This document shows positions 42,149-56,792 of a stretch of 64,000 nucleotides of DNA, one piece after another. The stretch lies in NCBI RefSeq assembly GCF_009914755.1, contig NC_060929.1, one strand, 5' to 3'. Position 1 is the first letter of the stretch. The number at the start of each line of letters is the position of its first letter. Position numbers and translations under genes: made by a program. The notes beneath the pieces are model-generated. The model was given only the letters and a program-made list of their open reading frames with translations, did no database searches and was not told the DNA's origin. Origin of the DNA: the human T2T-CHM13v2.0 reference genome, Homo sapiens.

Positions 42149-43464
42149 GTAAGGACTTGTGTGGGTGTGTATGTGTGTATGTTTCTGAGTATCCTGTTAT
42201 CCTGCATTTTGTTTGTGTGTGGTATTGCTTATTTGAATATTCCCGAGAGTTGCGTAAGACATCTTGTATCAGTCTGTTTGGTGAAGAATGTAGCACATTT
42301 AGAAAATTGTAACATTTAAGCTTGCATTTTTCTGTTTTTGACTGAATTTGTTAAAGTGCTAGGCTAATTTGAGTCAAAATTGTGCCAAACTAAATTCATC
42401 TATGTTTAATAATGCCTCCTGCCTCAGGTTTTTATTTTTACTGTAACTTTAGCACGAAGTCAGTTCAAGAATTAAAGTCTTCATGCTATTTGGGAATGTG
42501 GATGGTGATATTGGTGGCTGACATCATGCTTTCCTTGTTGCCAGCTCAATAAATTTTTATGTATTGGTATCGGCATTTTATTCAGTTCTGTAGTAACTTC
42601 AAATAAAATTAGTGTTAGACCAATGTGATCCCATATTTTTGTTTTTTTTTTCAGTCAGACTCTTCACTAGCATAATTTTTAGGTCTTCTTGCTGCTCTTA
42701 CTTTGAGGAAACTTTCATTTACCAAATGACATGACATTAAATGTCTGGGAGACTGTTTTACTGTAGAACTTAAAAACAACATTTGGTCCCAGCAATTTTC
42801 TTAATTGCAGGGTCATTTTGCATGCATGTTTGCCTATTATATTTTGGTATAACTTTCAAGTTTTGAATTAAGTAAAAGAGAAATAAAACTCTCTAACTAT
42901 TTTAATTGAGTTAAGTTATCAAAGATTCTCAGCCTTTCTTCCTTTTAAACGGATAGTAAAGTGTTTAATAGGACAAAGTTATCCCAGTTAATCTGAATAA
43001 AAACATCTAGGAAACGACTCTTTGATATGAAGTATATTTGTTTCTTGTGTTCTTCCTTCCCTCTGCTGCACACTATTATAAAATTCATGGAATCCATCTG
43101 ATATAACTTTTATTTCTCAAGGTTATAATTCCCTTTTTATTCAGTCCTTCAGGAAAAAAAAGTCTTCTGTATTTGACTGTCAGTGATCATTTGTGTCTCT
43201 GTGGTTTGCAGATTATTTAGTTTTTTCATATACCTTTTTAAAATGATATTCCTATGAGAAATAAAATCTTTAGAGATTTTGTCTTGAGAATAGCAATAAA
43301 ATAGGAAGTTACAATTTATCTCTTTCACTTTCTCTTAACCAAGGTTCTTACTAAATTACATTGCCTACCTAAATTTTTCCCTGTAATTTCTTCTGAATAG
43401 TCATTTTTGTAGTCTTAAATTATTCAGAGGCTTTGAGCTACTATATAATTGCTGATTTTATTTT

Positions 43465-43678
43465 ACCATGGAAAGAATGCAGTGTGTGTGTGTATGCATG
43501 TATATATATATATAATATATATATGTGCATACACATACACATACAATGTATAGTTGGCTACTCTGACTTTAACTTCTTTTGTAATACTGTTTAAAAACTG
43601 GAGTAAACTGGAATTTGTTAAATTTTTTATATATATAAAAAATATATACATACACACACACTACATTCTTTCCATGGT
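43465..43678. repeat. Inverted repeat with about 30-bp arms enclosing AT palindromes and a 50-bp duplicate of 44094-44143
   Basis: ACCATGGAAAGAATGCAGTGTGTGTGTGTATG ... CATACACACACACTACATTCTTTCCATGGT. Confidence 0.92.
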
Positions 43679-43922
43679 TTGTTATATATAATAACTTGTA
43701 TGTGGTGTATGAAGAGTTTGAGAACAAAAGATACTCAATCTTTAGAATACTTCCCTTTTGTAAATTTCAGTGATACATTTGATTAATTAGAAAGAAAAGT
43801 TGTCCTTTTTGATCTAAATGTAAAGCCTGTTTTCTGTTTCTTGTTTTGAATCTCATCAGCAAAGGGAAATCTGATTCAGTGATAAAGTTTGTAGGTTTAC
43901 AAGATTACCACATCACTATCGT

Positions 43923-43952
43923 GGTTTGGTTTGGTTTGGTTTGGTTTGATTT
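43923..43952. repeat. (GGTTT)n pentanucleotide repeat
   Basis: Direct reading. Confidence 0.9.
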
Positions 43953-45256
43953 GTGTTCTATTTTTCCCTGTGATTGCGCAATGGAATGGTTGCATCATAG
44001 AAAGCCAAATTCATAGCCTATGTATTCCTTAAATTCATAAAATTCATAGTATATATATGTCTTGAGTTTGTGGCAGGAGTTAGGGCAGGCTGGGTTGGCT
44101 ACTCTGACTTCAACTTCTTTTGTAATGCTTTTTAAAAACTGGAATGAATTTAAATATAAAATGAATACTAGAAAGACTATATATTTGCTGTTCTTACGTG
44201 TCAAATTTTATTCCTTATTTATGGTTCTTTTACAAATTTTGTTGTCTTTTCTAAACAAAGCAAATAAATAAAGCATTTTTCTTAATTAAAAGGTCATTTG
44301 TAATTTTCTTAGGAAATGGTTATTACCTACTTGGGAGTATCAAATAAATGATGACAAAACAAACTCTCAATCTCAATTAAATTTGGAGAAAAGACCTCTG
44401 CTCATTTATTTTTCCAGAGAAATTTTTTCCTTGGCTCAGACACTGCTTCATTTTTATAGTCTTATTGATGACATACTATCCTATTCTTGCTTTCTATAAT
44501 AATAGGGTATTTTGTTGCAGGATGACTTCTTTGTGAAGAAATCATGAGTATTTTTAGAAATGAGAGTTTGCTTTTTCTGGCCAACTAAGAAAAAAAATTG
44601 GCTTGATCTTTACACTATAAAATCATAGGTTCTAATTTTATAGACTATGGTGTATGAAACCCAAGTCTTTGCTGCCTTTTCTATAATAGTGTCCATACTT
44701 TTAACTTTGATATTAGTAGAAATATTGCCTTCTAAAACAGTTTCTTTTTCTTTGAAAGTTAGTTAAATTAGCCTATCAACACTTATAGATCAGTAAGTTA
44801 CTTAACTGGAGAAGGAGATGGTAAAATTCAAGCATATACTGAAATTACTCAAAATGTGCAACAAGTCTCTTACTCAATAATAAAAGTAACAACTAGCTTT
44901 TACTGAGCATTTACTATGTGCCAGGCATTATATTATGTGTTTTATATTTACTGTCTCACTAGGTAGATATCATTTTTATCCCTGTCTTACAGAATAAGAA
45001 ACTCAAGCTTAGAGAAACTGAGCAACTTATAACTGATTATAAAGCTAATTATGTTATCCACTGTAGTATACTGCTTCAGTAAGTTGAGAACATCCTATGA
45101 TATATCCAGACTCACTTTCCTAGATATTGGAGGAGATAATTTAGTAAACATGAAACTTGCCATCTAGGAAAAAAAAGACTGAAAGATGTGCAACGTGTTT
45201 TCAGATCCTTTAATTCCTGACAGGTAAATATACGCAGTAGCCTATATCTGTATTTC

Positions 45257-45552
45257 TTTTTTTTTTACTTGAGATGGAGTCTCTCTCTGTCGCCCATGCT
45301 GGAGTGCAGTGACCCGATCTCTGCTCACTGTAACCTCCGCCTCCTGGGTTCAAATGATTCTCCTGCCACAGTCTCCTGAGTAACTGGGACTACAGTTGCC
45401 TGCCATCATGCCTGGCTAACTTTTGTATTTTTAGTAGAGACAAGGTGTTGCCATGTTGGCCAGGCTGGTCTCGAACGCCTGACCTCAGGTGATCCGCCCA
45501 CCTCGGCCTCCCATAGTACTGGGATTACAGGCGTGAGCAACCACTCCTGGCC
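45257..45552 (-). mobile_element. AluSx-type SINE
   Basis: GACCTCAGGTGATCCGCCCACCTCGGCC; TSD TATCTGTATT(T)CTTTTT. Confidence 0.9.
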
Positions 45553-48500
45553 TATCTGTATTCTTTTTTAACCTCTTCCTCTCTTAAGGCTGTTACTTCT
45601 TCCTATCCTGAATATTCTTTAAGATGAGAATTTATGTATTCTTCTTTGAGACCTTGTTCTGCCTGCTACCTCTTACTTCTCCTCTAGTTTAAAACTTTCT
45701 CCTTTTGTTCTATTCTTCCCCTAGTTTTACATTCTGAAATCTATTATTAAAATCATCCTTTGAGCTTACAATCAGCAGTTAGGATCACTTCATCTCAGGC
45801 TTCTGCACAGCTTGCTCCTAAGTGGTTGTCATTAGGAGATCACAAATAGAAAAAAATAGTATAGATTATAATCTGTAAAGGCATAAAAGTTAAGTAAAAT
45901 GATACATCATCAAAATAATATAATAACTATATCATACCACTTGAACCTCACCACAACTCTAGGGAGAATCCCATTTTAGAGGACATACTCAGAAGTATTC
46001 TAGGCTGTGTATACCCCTTAGATTGGAGGTTTATCATTGTATGTATTCATATACTGTTTAGAATTTTGTGATATTTCTGGTTATATATGCTTTTTTAAAA
46101 GTTACCAAGTTTTTTCTATAGTTTCACATACTGTGACTTTGGTAAGTTTTTTTTCCTATGAATGCTTAAACAAGTTTCTCCGTAGGGTAAAAGATACCTT
46201 ATTGAAGTCTGTAAGTACACTGTACTGTGTTAATTAGCTATGTCAACTTAACATTTTGTTCATTTATTCTATGAAAGTAATTGTATTAAAAGTATCGTTA
46301 ATCTTACACTATAATTATTTCTGAGAGTTTTATTTGTGAGCCAATACAAATAATCGTGTTATCAAATCAGACTCAACGTGTTAGAGATCTCACCTAGAAT
46401 CAGCTTTAGTAATAATTGTAAGGGTGCAAGTAGTCAAAGGGGACAGGAGAAGCAAGGAGAGAGATCTGGGACACTATGTAATTCCACAGGGTCCTTCCTT
46501 TCCACATCAGACGTGTACTTTCCAGCCCAGAGTCTCCAAATGAGGAAGTCTGGTTATTACCTCATATCAGAGAGCGTTTACATTTTGAAACTTCTCCGTG
46601 TAATATCCTAAGGTTATATAGCTTACATGATGTTCTCCAGTGTGCCAGGCTTCATAAACCCATAAATTCTGGGTTTGTTTATTGTAAGCATCCTTAACAA
46701 GGGACAGCCTACTAAGAGCATTCTTCAGATAAGGACCCTCCTCCTAACAAAAACTCATTATCCTATCTACCAGAGGGACTGCTTACCAGCATGTTAACAC
46801 GAAGACTAAACAGCATCACCTCCCTTTGCTAGAGTTTCCTCCTGGTAAAGGAAGTGAATAGATCCCAAGACAGCTACTTTAATTCTTCCCTCCCTGATGT
46901 GTAATAATCTTCCTTTTAGCCTTTCTTTTGTGTTTCATAATCTCTAATAATACTGTATTTATACTTTTCCTTCCAACTTTTTGGAAAACCCTTCAAACCT
47001 ATAGAAAATTGTAATACTATAATATAATAATAGTGTTTTGTATCACATCCATGTTTGTACCTTTACTATCAGTGTTGAGTTCTGGCACTTGATTTAAGTG
47101 CCATATGCCAGATTTCTCCATTGTAAAGGTATCTTTTCTGTTTGCTGTTACTAAGTAATCTGTGAAATGATACTGTGAGACTATGTGAATATCCTGTAGT
47201 CTTTCACCCAGCGATTAATGTTCTGTGGCTACATCCGTTAAAACGTTTTTATTGTTTCTATTTCTCTGCTGCAATAATTTATTTCTCTGATAGTATTTTC
47301 ATTTTTTGAGAGCAATTTTTTTGAACACCATCAAGGATAGTGATAATAGCCATTTTTGCTTATGGAGAAGAAAAATGTTGTTTCCTTTCCTGTTCATATG
47401 CTGGGTAATTTTGGACTGTACCCTGGACATTATGAAGTCGCAGAGATCCTGGATTTGGTTATTTTTTTCGAATAAGTGGTTGTTTGAATGAATTTTCTTG
47501 GCTAGGTTTTAACTTTAAACTATGTTTCTTAGCAGTTCCAGTCTCAGTTTACATCTTTTGTCTTTCAGCAAGATGCTTTGAATCTGCTACTTGTCTGAAC
47601 ACTTAAGATGTTTAGAGATTTCTTCTCTCTCCCTTCTGGGCTTACCCTGCTCTCTCAGCGGATAAAGTATCCTGAATTCATTCTTTCAGGGGTAGCTCTG
47701 CCACTGTTTCTAAACCATGCTGATTGCAGTTGGCCTTAGGCTAAACTTTGAAGAAATGATAACTACTTGTGCTGTATAGCTTTCCATCTTCTTTCCTCCA
47801 AGTAAGCTTGGTGGACCCTCCATCAGAGTCTGTTTCCATTTACTCTCTAATATCTTCAGATAGGGCTTTTTGGTAGTATGTCCAGGTGTTATGCTTGTTT
47901 TCAGGGTTGGGGAGATGGGGATGATTAATCATGTTATCTTATTCTGAGGGCCTCAAGACACACTAAAATTTCGATTTTAGGAAGATGAAGAAGAATAAGT
48001 AAAAGAGACTGAAAAATGTAGCCAGTGAAGGAGAAAAAGAACCAAGAGTATCTAGGAAACTGTGAAGAAACTCTTTCAAGAAGGGAATGATGAATTAGGT
48101 GTTTTTAAAATGAGCACGTTTAAAAACACATTCAAATCATAATAGACTTCCTGCCTCTGGTCTCGCCTTCAAATCATGTTCTGCACTCTAACCAGTGACC
48201 TTTCTGAAATGCATATCTAATGGGACTTCTTCCCTGAATGATATACAAGACCCTTTGTGATCTGTACTCTGGCTACCTCTCTGTTGCTTCTGTATCTTCC
48301 ACTTACCCTGTACCTTTTTTTTTTTTTTTTTTTTAACCAGCTAAACTGAATCCCAAACTTAGCAGTTTCAGGCCCCCTTGCCTACATCAGAGTTTTTAAA
48401 CATAGCACATCTCTCCCACCTGAATAAACATTTACTCTTCCTTCAACACCTAATTCTTATGTTACTTGCTCTAGGAAACTTTCCCTGGCACTTCTGCTCT

Positions 48501-51500
48501 AATCCCAGAAGAAGTACTTACCTACTTTATGCAGGCCCTTTTACTTTGTATGTATTTCCGCTATCATATGGTATAGCAGTCTGCTTTCATGCCATTCCTG
48601 CTGCTTAGTCAGAACTTCTTAAGAAAATGGGTTATTTTACTCAATTAATTGTTCCTAACACCTAGTAATGTGTCTGATACATAGTGAACGCTGCTTGGCT
48701 AGCTGACTGAGTGACTTCTACTGCAATTTTTTTTTTTTACATGTTGGCACGTTTACAGTGTTGAGGTTGTTCTGAGTCTCTAAAGATAAATGGAATACTA
48801 TGGAACTGTTACTAAGAAGAATCTGTAATCAGAAGCTTTTCTTTTTGCTTATTAAGTATCAGAAACAGGAGGAAAAAGGTTCTTCATTTTATACAGTCAC
48901 CTTAGCCAATGCCCTGAGACCATATAACTTCAAATTTAATGTTTTAAAAGGTAGAACTTTTGTTTCTAAAAGAGCAAACAAGATGTCCTGGTTTGTTAGC
49001 CTTCTGTACTTAACTGTGACCTTTAAAATTATAAACAGGAAATCATAGCGCTATTTTAAAAGATCAGTATATAATGCTCTCCTCACACTCATGAAACAGC
49101 ATTTAGTAACAGATCATCATACTGAAATCCCAGTTTGCTTTCTGGCATGTAGTTTCTACAGCTTTAAGTTACTATTTTGTATAGGTCATATTCCTGAAAT
49201 TCTTAACACTTTTGCATTTTTAATATATAGGAGTCATGATTTTCATTGGAGGCCATATTTATATAAAGTCTATGATTGCCTTAAAATATTTTTGTCTTCT
49301 AAATAAGAACATATGTGAAAAATAACGATAGTATGTATTGTCTGTTTTTGAACCGCTTGCTTCTGTTTGAAAACAAAGAGCAAGTTGCAGGCCTTTGTTG
49401 GCAAAAGAGATGAAAATGCTATTACTATTTACTGAGTCATAGTATACACCTAAGTTTTAAATAAGGAACTGATTCTAAGGAGCTGATTCTGGAATTCTTC
49501 ACCTAGATAAGCCTACTTCAGAGGCTACTGAGTGTATAAACAAGATTCAGCAGTATGAAGGGAGAAAGCAGTATAACATGGCTTTTTTTTTAATGTTTCC
49601 CATTTATTTTTGTTTTGTTTTGATTAGATTTTTTTGTTTTGTAATTCTGGAAATTTGAACCTAAACCTTAGCCAAACATTTCCTAATAACTGTGAAAGTA
49701 TCCAAAGCACTTTTAAATTATTAATTCAAAAATTTTGGACAACCAATACTACTATCATAATTCCAGTCTGAAATAATATGGTGCTTGAGAAAAGAGTTAA
49801 ATATTACAACATATTTTGTTGGAAACACATAATAGGAGACAAAGGGCCCTAGAGAAAAGCAGCAATAAGATCAGTAAGTAACTGGTCTTACAAAATGTGA
49901 TGTTCTTTTTGTTTTTTTTTCAACTGGATATCACCTCAATTTGGAGTTAAATGGAGACAAATTATTTTCAAACAAAAAGCTTTTCTTCACAAGGCCATCC
50001 ATTTTGTTAGAAGAGAATGTCCAGAATGAAAATGGCTGTCTGTTCGATTTATTTCTTAGAATACAGAAGTGTTCTATTTAGAATCTTCAGACTAATGTAA
50101 TTGCTGGGTGTCATTTTCTCTGTCTACCTCTTTGTACCTGACAGAAGTGAGTAATTTTATATGCCAGGAACAATTTTGATGTTTTTATTTGGCATAAAAA
50201 ATGTGATCATGTTTAATCACTTACATTAAACAAGCTATTTTGCCTTATTTTCTAAAAAGTATTTCACTGTGAGAGATAGGACTGTATGGTAAAACTTCAT
50301 TTGACTGCTTTATCTGGTAATGTTTATGTTTAATTAATATTTTTTGGTAAGATGCAGATCATTGTACAATTGAATTATACAAGTTTTTTAAGCTTTTGTT
50401 CACTGAAACAATTATTTTTATATATTGATGAAAATAATTTATAGGCGAAAAATGCATTCAGCTTAATTTTTAGAATATGAAGATTCAACTTTTGACATGA
50501 AATTCAGCTTGGAACTAAAGTGAGACAGTACTATTTGTAGACATTTAGTAATTCTTTAACTGGCTGCCAGCAAAAACCTGACACTAGTAAAATTTCTTAG
50601 TAGTAAACTTACTTTGTTTTATTTTATTGTTCTCCTGTTCAAGACCCTAAAATTAGCTTCCTATTGTCTGCCAGATGGGATCTAATTTCTCATGAGTATT
50701 AAAAGCATTTTCATCAGTTGACCCCTGTCATCGTGCACAACTGTATTAACCTCATTTGTATCTAATACTACAGTCAACATTATATTCCCTATACATTGCT
50801 CATTCTTACCTATGGTTTTGTCTGATAACAAGGCAGGATTTTCCACCACATCACACATACTTTTGCAAAATCAGAATGCATCATTTTCACAGCTTTCACC
50901 AACCTCTAAAGTAGTGATTTTATTGGGAAAGATGGAGGATATATGCATAAGGCTTCGTGCCTTAGGGCATATGTCATAATGGATGGGAGTTTTGTATGAT
51001 TGGAGAAAGCTCCTCTAGTAATTTGGTTATATTTTTATTGTTCCCACCAACTGCACTAAACAGAAATTACCCCACTTACTTAAAATTACCCTGCTTACTT
51101 CATCTTCATACATACAGTACTTAGGTAATCAGTTTTTAGAAATCTATTATTAACACATCTTTCTTTTTGTTACTATGACAGGTTATTGGCATGTTATTTC
51201 AAACATGAAACTCTGTTTGGATTGCCTTTTTACGCAGTGTTCAGCACATAGAAGGCTTTCTGTGAAATTTCTGTGACATGTTTCAAATATAAATGGGCAC
51301 ATCTATGAATAGATTTTTAAGAGGTTATAGCAGTATATAATTTTTGTTTGACTTATTTGCTGTGGTGAGTAAATAACATATACAACATCAACATTCCTAG
51401 CCATAGTACACTTTAATTTTTAAGAATTTGAATTTCTATAGTCTTTTAATGCATATAAATGGCATGAATGAATGTTATTTAAGATGACCATTGCCTTCAA

Positions 51501-52449
51501 CACGATTTTGAAAAGTTACGCTAAAACTAATAATGACAGAGGGATCCAGAACAGAGATATTTTCCAGATCAGCTATACCACACAATCCATTATCATTGTC
51601 CAGATTGCATTGTGACTTTAGACCAGAAGCTAAAGTAGCTGTCTTTATTTCAGTTAGCACTGTAGGATTCAAAAGACAGAAGTTTTACCTGATATTTTTT
51701 AGTCTGGTACTTTGCCAGAAAAGTTCAAATACTTATTTATAATGTCATCTCAGAGCCATCCTCATGACCAAAACACTTTATTTTGGCTCAACAAAAATAT
51801 ATGTCTATACTTTGTGTGTGCCATGTTTGGCTAGTTTATAAAAATATAGAAATTAATATGGTGTCTGCCTTTGAGAAGCTTAAAGTCTAATGAGAAAAAT
51901 GGAGAGAGCTTCACTGGGATGTATTGAAAGATGCTGATAGGCACATTGGAGGAGGGACACTTAGCACTGCTTGAGGATTCAAGGAAGTCTTTCTGTAACA
52001 GTGAGTCTTAAAAGTTGAATGAAACTTTACAAATTATAGGGTGAAAAACTTTAATTTGTATTGCTTCATTGTTTTGTTTTGGTGTTGGGTTTTGTTTTTT
52101 TTTTCTTTTTTACATTGTAAAGGAAGTATGTGTAGAATCAAGAAATACAAAGCTTTTAGATTATTTTGTTAGTTTCTATTCATGAAGTCTGTGTAAAGGA
52201 AGATAGTGATTTAAACTCAGATATCAACATGGTCAAGAGAGATTAACTGGTGTGTTTTTTTAATCTAGGTAATAGAAAATAATAAACTTGAATGAAAGAC
52301 ATAGTTATTAAATACACTCTCTGCCATTGTTCCTGCACAGGGGCAGTGTTTACTGACATGTCTGGTTTATGTTATATCTAATACTGCGATAACTGAGATA
52401 TTTAGTGTAACAATTTATAATACCTAACAAGTAAAAATAACTTCAGTAT

Positions 52450-53170
52450 CCATTCTTTCAACAAGCACTTATTGAGCATTTACCAAATGCCATGTACTTT
52501 TCTAGACACTTATGGTATACCTGAGAAGAGTAGACAAAGGTTCCTGATCTTTTGTAATTTATTTTTGTGGGGGGTTGGGGGATTCGGGTAGACAACATAA
52601 TAAATTTAAGTTATTGTTTATCATGTTAGTAGATTATGTACTGTGGAAGAAATAGAGCAGAGTGGGAAGGATTAGGAATGATGATGTAAAGTAGATACTT
52701 GGATATGTAAGTCTGCAGTTCAGAGAAATTATCTTGGCTACAGATGGAGATTTTGGGGAGATGTTCACATATATATGATATTTAAAATAATGAAACTGGA
52801 TGAAATCAGTGAGGTATTATTAGATAATAGTAAAAGGAAGAGTACCAAGGACAGAGTCCTGGTCCATTCTTAAGTTAGAAGAGAAAGAACTAGCAAAGGA
52901 GACAAAGAAAAATAACCAAGAATATGGGTCCAACCTAAGTCAAATGAAGATAGAGTATCAAGAAGAAAGGAAGAATTAACTTAACAAAAATTGATAGGCC
53001 AAGAAGGGGACAATGCTGCTGATACGTTGAGTAAGAGGAGTACTGAGACTTATTCATTAGATTTAGCAGCGTGGAGATCATCACGGGCTTAAAATAATGG
53101 GATTGATGTAATTGGGACAAAAGCCAATGAAGTGAGTTGGAGAGAAAAATAAAGAGCATTTGGAGATGGC
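52450..53170 (-). mobile_element. L2 fragments
   Basis: CATTCTTTCAACAAGCACTTATTGAGCATTTAC (antisense L2 3' end) plus body. Confidence 0.6.
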
Positions 53171-53192
53171 AAGTGTTGACAAGTGTTATAAT

Positions 53193-53327
53193 TAGGTTGA
53201 TCATATAACCAAATTTCCCTGGGATTGTCCTGGTATTCATTCACCATGTGGCCCAGCATGTTTATTAATAGGGCCTTATTTTATTCTCATATGGGCCCTA
53301 GTCTGAACAACAAATACATGATCAATG
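53193..53327 (-). mobile_element. MER94-like (hAT-Blackjack) MITE
   Basis: About 135 bp with inverted ends TTGATCATATA...TACATGATCAA and internal GGGATTGTCCTGG and TTATTAATAG. Confidence 0.6.
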
Positions 53328-55074
53328 TGGTTGCGATTCATTGCTGTCAGTATTCTTTTTGACACCCAAATTTAGCCAGTGGTAGCCCCTTTAAGCCAGC
53401 CTACATAGCTTGTTTGAGACCCTAATTTGAATCCCATTTGTCCTTTTCTGGCATAAGAAATTATCACAGGGTTTATACTTTTTCTGCCTCATATCCGTAA
53501 TCAGCCATTTCTCTAAGAAGTCCTGCTTCATTATTAGTGGTATTTAAAAACCAAAATCCAAAACTTGGATAGTTTTTGATTGGAAAGAAAGGGAGTGAGA
53601 AACTTTTTAGAATGACAGAATTTTAAAAAGCAAACATATTACAAAGATATTGAGGTAGAAAATTTATTCAGGTGATTCTATGTAGAACTGAATGTTAAAC
53701 ATGGAAGTGCATTATTAAATTAGAGCAGTTAGAGCAGAAAGATACATTAAGGCCGAGTACTGAAAGAATTTAAATACCAAACTGAAAGTTTGACTTCATT
53801 CTGTATTCCGAATGGTGATATAATGGGCCTTGGAGTTACTCATCCTCGAGTCTGGAAAACCAATTAGGCTATTATAATCCACACAATCCATAAAGAAGTC
53901 TTGAACGTAGGAGTAGGATAATGGTAATACAATGGAGGGAACAGATAAAACTGACAGTACCAAAGAGAAAGCAGAAAGGGTGATAGGAGCATAACAGAAG
54001 CATAGTGAAGGGACTCCCAGTATCACATGTCTCTGAGCTGTCTAATCCTAGCAGCAGAGGATTGAGATGCAATTGGTTTCTATAGAGAACACAGGAATAG
54101 GTGTAGGAAGAAGATCTGATATTTTATTTGGAAAAAAAATCTATTGGCAATATGATGATAGAGTATAACTTTATTGAAGTTTCATCTAGAACTGTATTTA
54201 AAAAGCAGAACAGTATTTAGGAAATAAAGTTTTTGTTGTCACTGAAAGGTAATCATAATGAAATTCTCAACTGTAGAAAAGTGTGAAGATTTTGATGTCT
54301 CTCACTCTTACAAGTTATTTCAGATTCTTTATTTCAGAGAAATGACTCATTTTCAAATAGACCAAAAATTTAGAACCCAGACATTTCTTGGCACCTTCTA
54401 ATTTTTTGTATTGGGGCATAATCCCTTATAACCCAAATATACTATTCCAATTTTGATCACACTTTGGAAAATACAAACATGTTTTATATTTTATTAAGTT
54501 AAAAGCCTGACTCTGATAAGATTCTCTTGAAATTAAAAATGTCAACATGGTTATTGCCTCCAAGTTGCTTTTTGTGTTTACCCAATCTCCCTTCCCACAG
54601 CACAATACAGAATAGTTTGGTTACAAATGTTTACTTTCCCTGCTTAACCAGAGGCAGCACTGCACTGCTTATACACTTACGAGTCACTATATTAGGTTGT
54701 TCAAACAAAGTCCCTGGAAAGAAGAAAGACAAGGTTGTAGCCAAATAACCAAAATTGGGATTACCTAATTTTGACTTAATTTGATATTTTGTGTAAAAGC
54801 AAAAAGTGGCATCTAGCACTGTGTGGAATAAGAGAACTAGAATAATTCTGATGGATCTGGCTATTAGGGGATGACGTCTTTAATGTAGAAAACATGAATA
54901 ATATTAGTTTAACATAATTAGGAAGGAATTCAAACAAATTTTAATTGACCATCACTGACAACAGAATATAGCCACAAAGCAGAATACAAGGATTCTAGTC
55001 CTAGCCCTGCTTTGATTCTTTGAATGAGTTTCTTAAAGTTTCTTGGGTCATGATTTCCTCTTCTATAAAATGAG

Positions 55075-55595
55075 TGGGTCAGGAGTCCCCAAGACCACTC
55101 TTGAGCCTTGATGATTCTCTAGAAAGATTCACAGGACTCATGAAAGGCTGTTATACTCACAAAAAGTTTATTACTCTTCAAGGATACAGATTAAAATCAG
55201 CAAAAGGAAGAGCACATGGGGTGAAGTCCAGGAAAAAATAGGCATAATTCTAGGTGGCATCTCTCAGTGGAGTCATATGGCCACATTCCCATCATAAGGT
55301 AACAACATGTTCAAAGTGTTGTCAACCAGGAAAGCTCACCTGAGCCTAGGTGTTGAGGGTTTTTATTGGCTGTTAGTCACGTAAGCATGAATTGCCTGCA
55401 TGGCTGACCTCAGCTATTCAGACTGAAGCCACCCAAAGTGAAAACACATTAACCGTAAATCACATTGTTAACATAAACTCTCTGATCAGATTGGTACCTT
55501 GTGGCCCACAGACTCAGAGGTCATCTCCTAGGAGCTGGCCAAGGTCCAGTCCTGATGACAGGCCTTTCTCAAGTATGTACAGAGTTGAGCAACCT
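55075..55595. mobile_element. MER21-type LTR fragment
   Basis: GTCCCCAAGACCAC...GGATACAGATTAAAATCAGCAAAAGGAAGAG recalled as MER21 text. Confidence 0.7.
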
Positions 55596-55798
55596 AAATT
55601 TTCTTTTTCCAAATTGAAATGTATCTAGGTATTTTTTTCTCCTAAGTTCATAATGTATAACTTTTACATAAAATTTGCATATTACTATGTAGAAAAATGC
55701 ATTATATTCTGCATTCGAAATTGCAGAATATTTAGAGTATTTGCAGTTATATTCAATTTAGAGAAAAATCTAAATTCAAGAGAACTACATTTATCTGA

Positions 55799-56126
<328 letters not shown>

Positions 56127-56792
56127 TGGAATTAGTTTTAGATGGAGGAAAGCTAAGTGTCGCTGTCTGATTAATCATTTTACTTAGCATTAACAATATA
56201 CACTAGGAAGAGCATGGTGTAACAGTATCATATAAGCACAAACTAGTTTCTTTCACAATTTTAAGTGACATTAACCACGATTAAGTGTGGTGCATGCGGG
56301 ACTAGGTGATCTTTAAACACTGAATACATATAAAATGCCCTTGGAATAGATATATAACTCCTGTCTAAAATGTCTATTACTGGGTCTAGAAATGGATCTT
56401 AGTTTTCCATTTGGCATGAAACCTTTCCTCAGAAAGAGCAAGGTTGTATCTGGCACCTGCGTGGCTAAATACCTAATGTAGTTTCTCAGCCATTCACAAT
56501 TATAAATCTGTATATTTCAGTGAGTCTTTTAAGTAGTGTTTTACCTTCTCCCATTATAAGTAAAACAGAGTAATTTAGAATACTTATGAGCAGTAAGTAC
56601 TCTTCTTTGGAACACTCTAGTAGTCCTCTTGGCTGATTTTTTTTCCCAGTATTTGTTCTCTTTCAACTTTGTTTCTCTAAAGAAAAAGCCTAGATTGGCA
56701 ACTGAAAATTTTTTGGCAAATCTTGGATTTGAATTTTTTCCTAATAAGAGACTTTACTGATTTTATTTTTCCTCTCTCACTAAGAAATAGAC

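Noticed and set aside
46379-46871. Possible old ERVL LTR (TG...CA)
   Set aside because: No TSD and no consensus I can confidently recognise.
48099-48129. 11-bp-stem hairpin GTGTTTTTAAA...TTTAAAAACAC; similar short duplications near 40516-40549 and 51064-51100
   Set aside because: Short and AT-rich, within chance or ordinary slippage expectation for 64 kb.
51475-51742. Non-repeat-looking stretch with short ORFs on both strands
   Set aside because: No recognisable homology or convincing splice sites. SRFBP1 exons 3 and 4 join without it. Conservation data would be needed.
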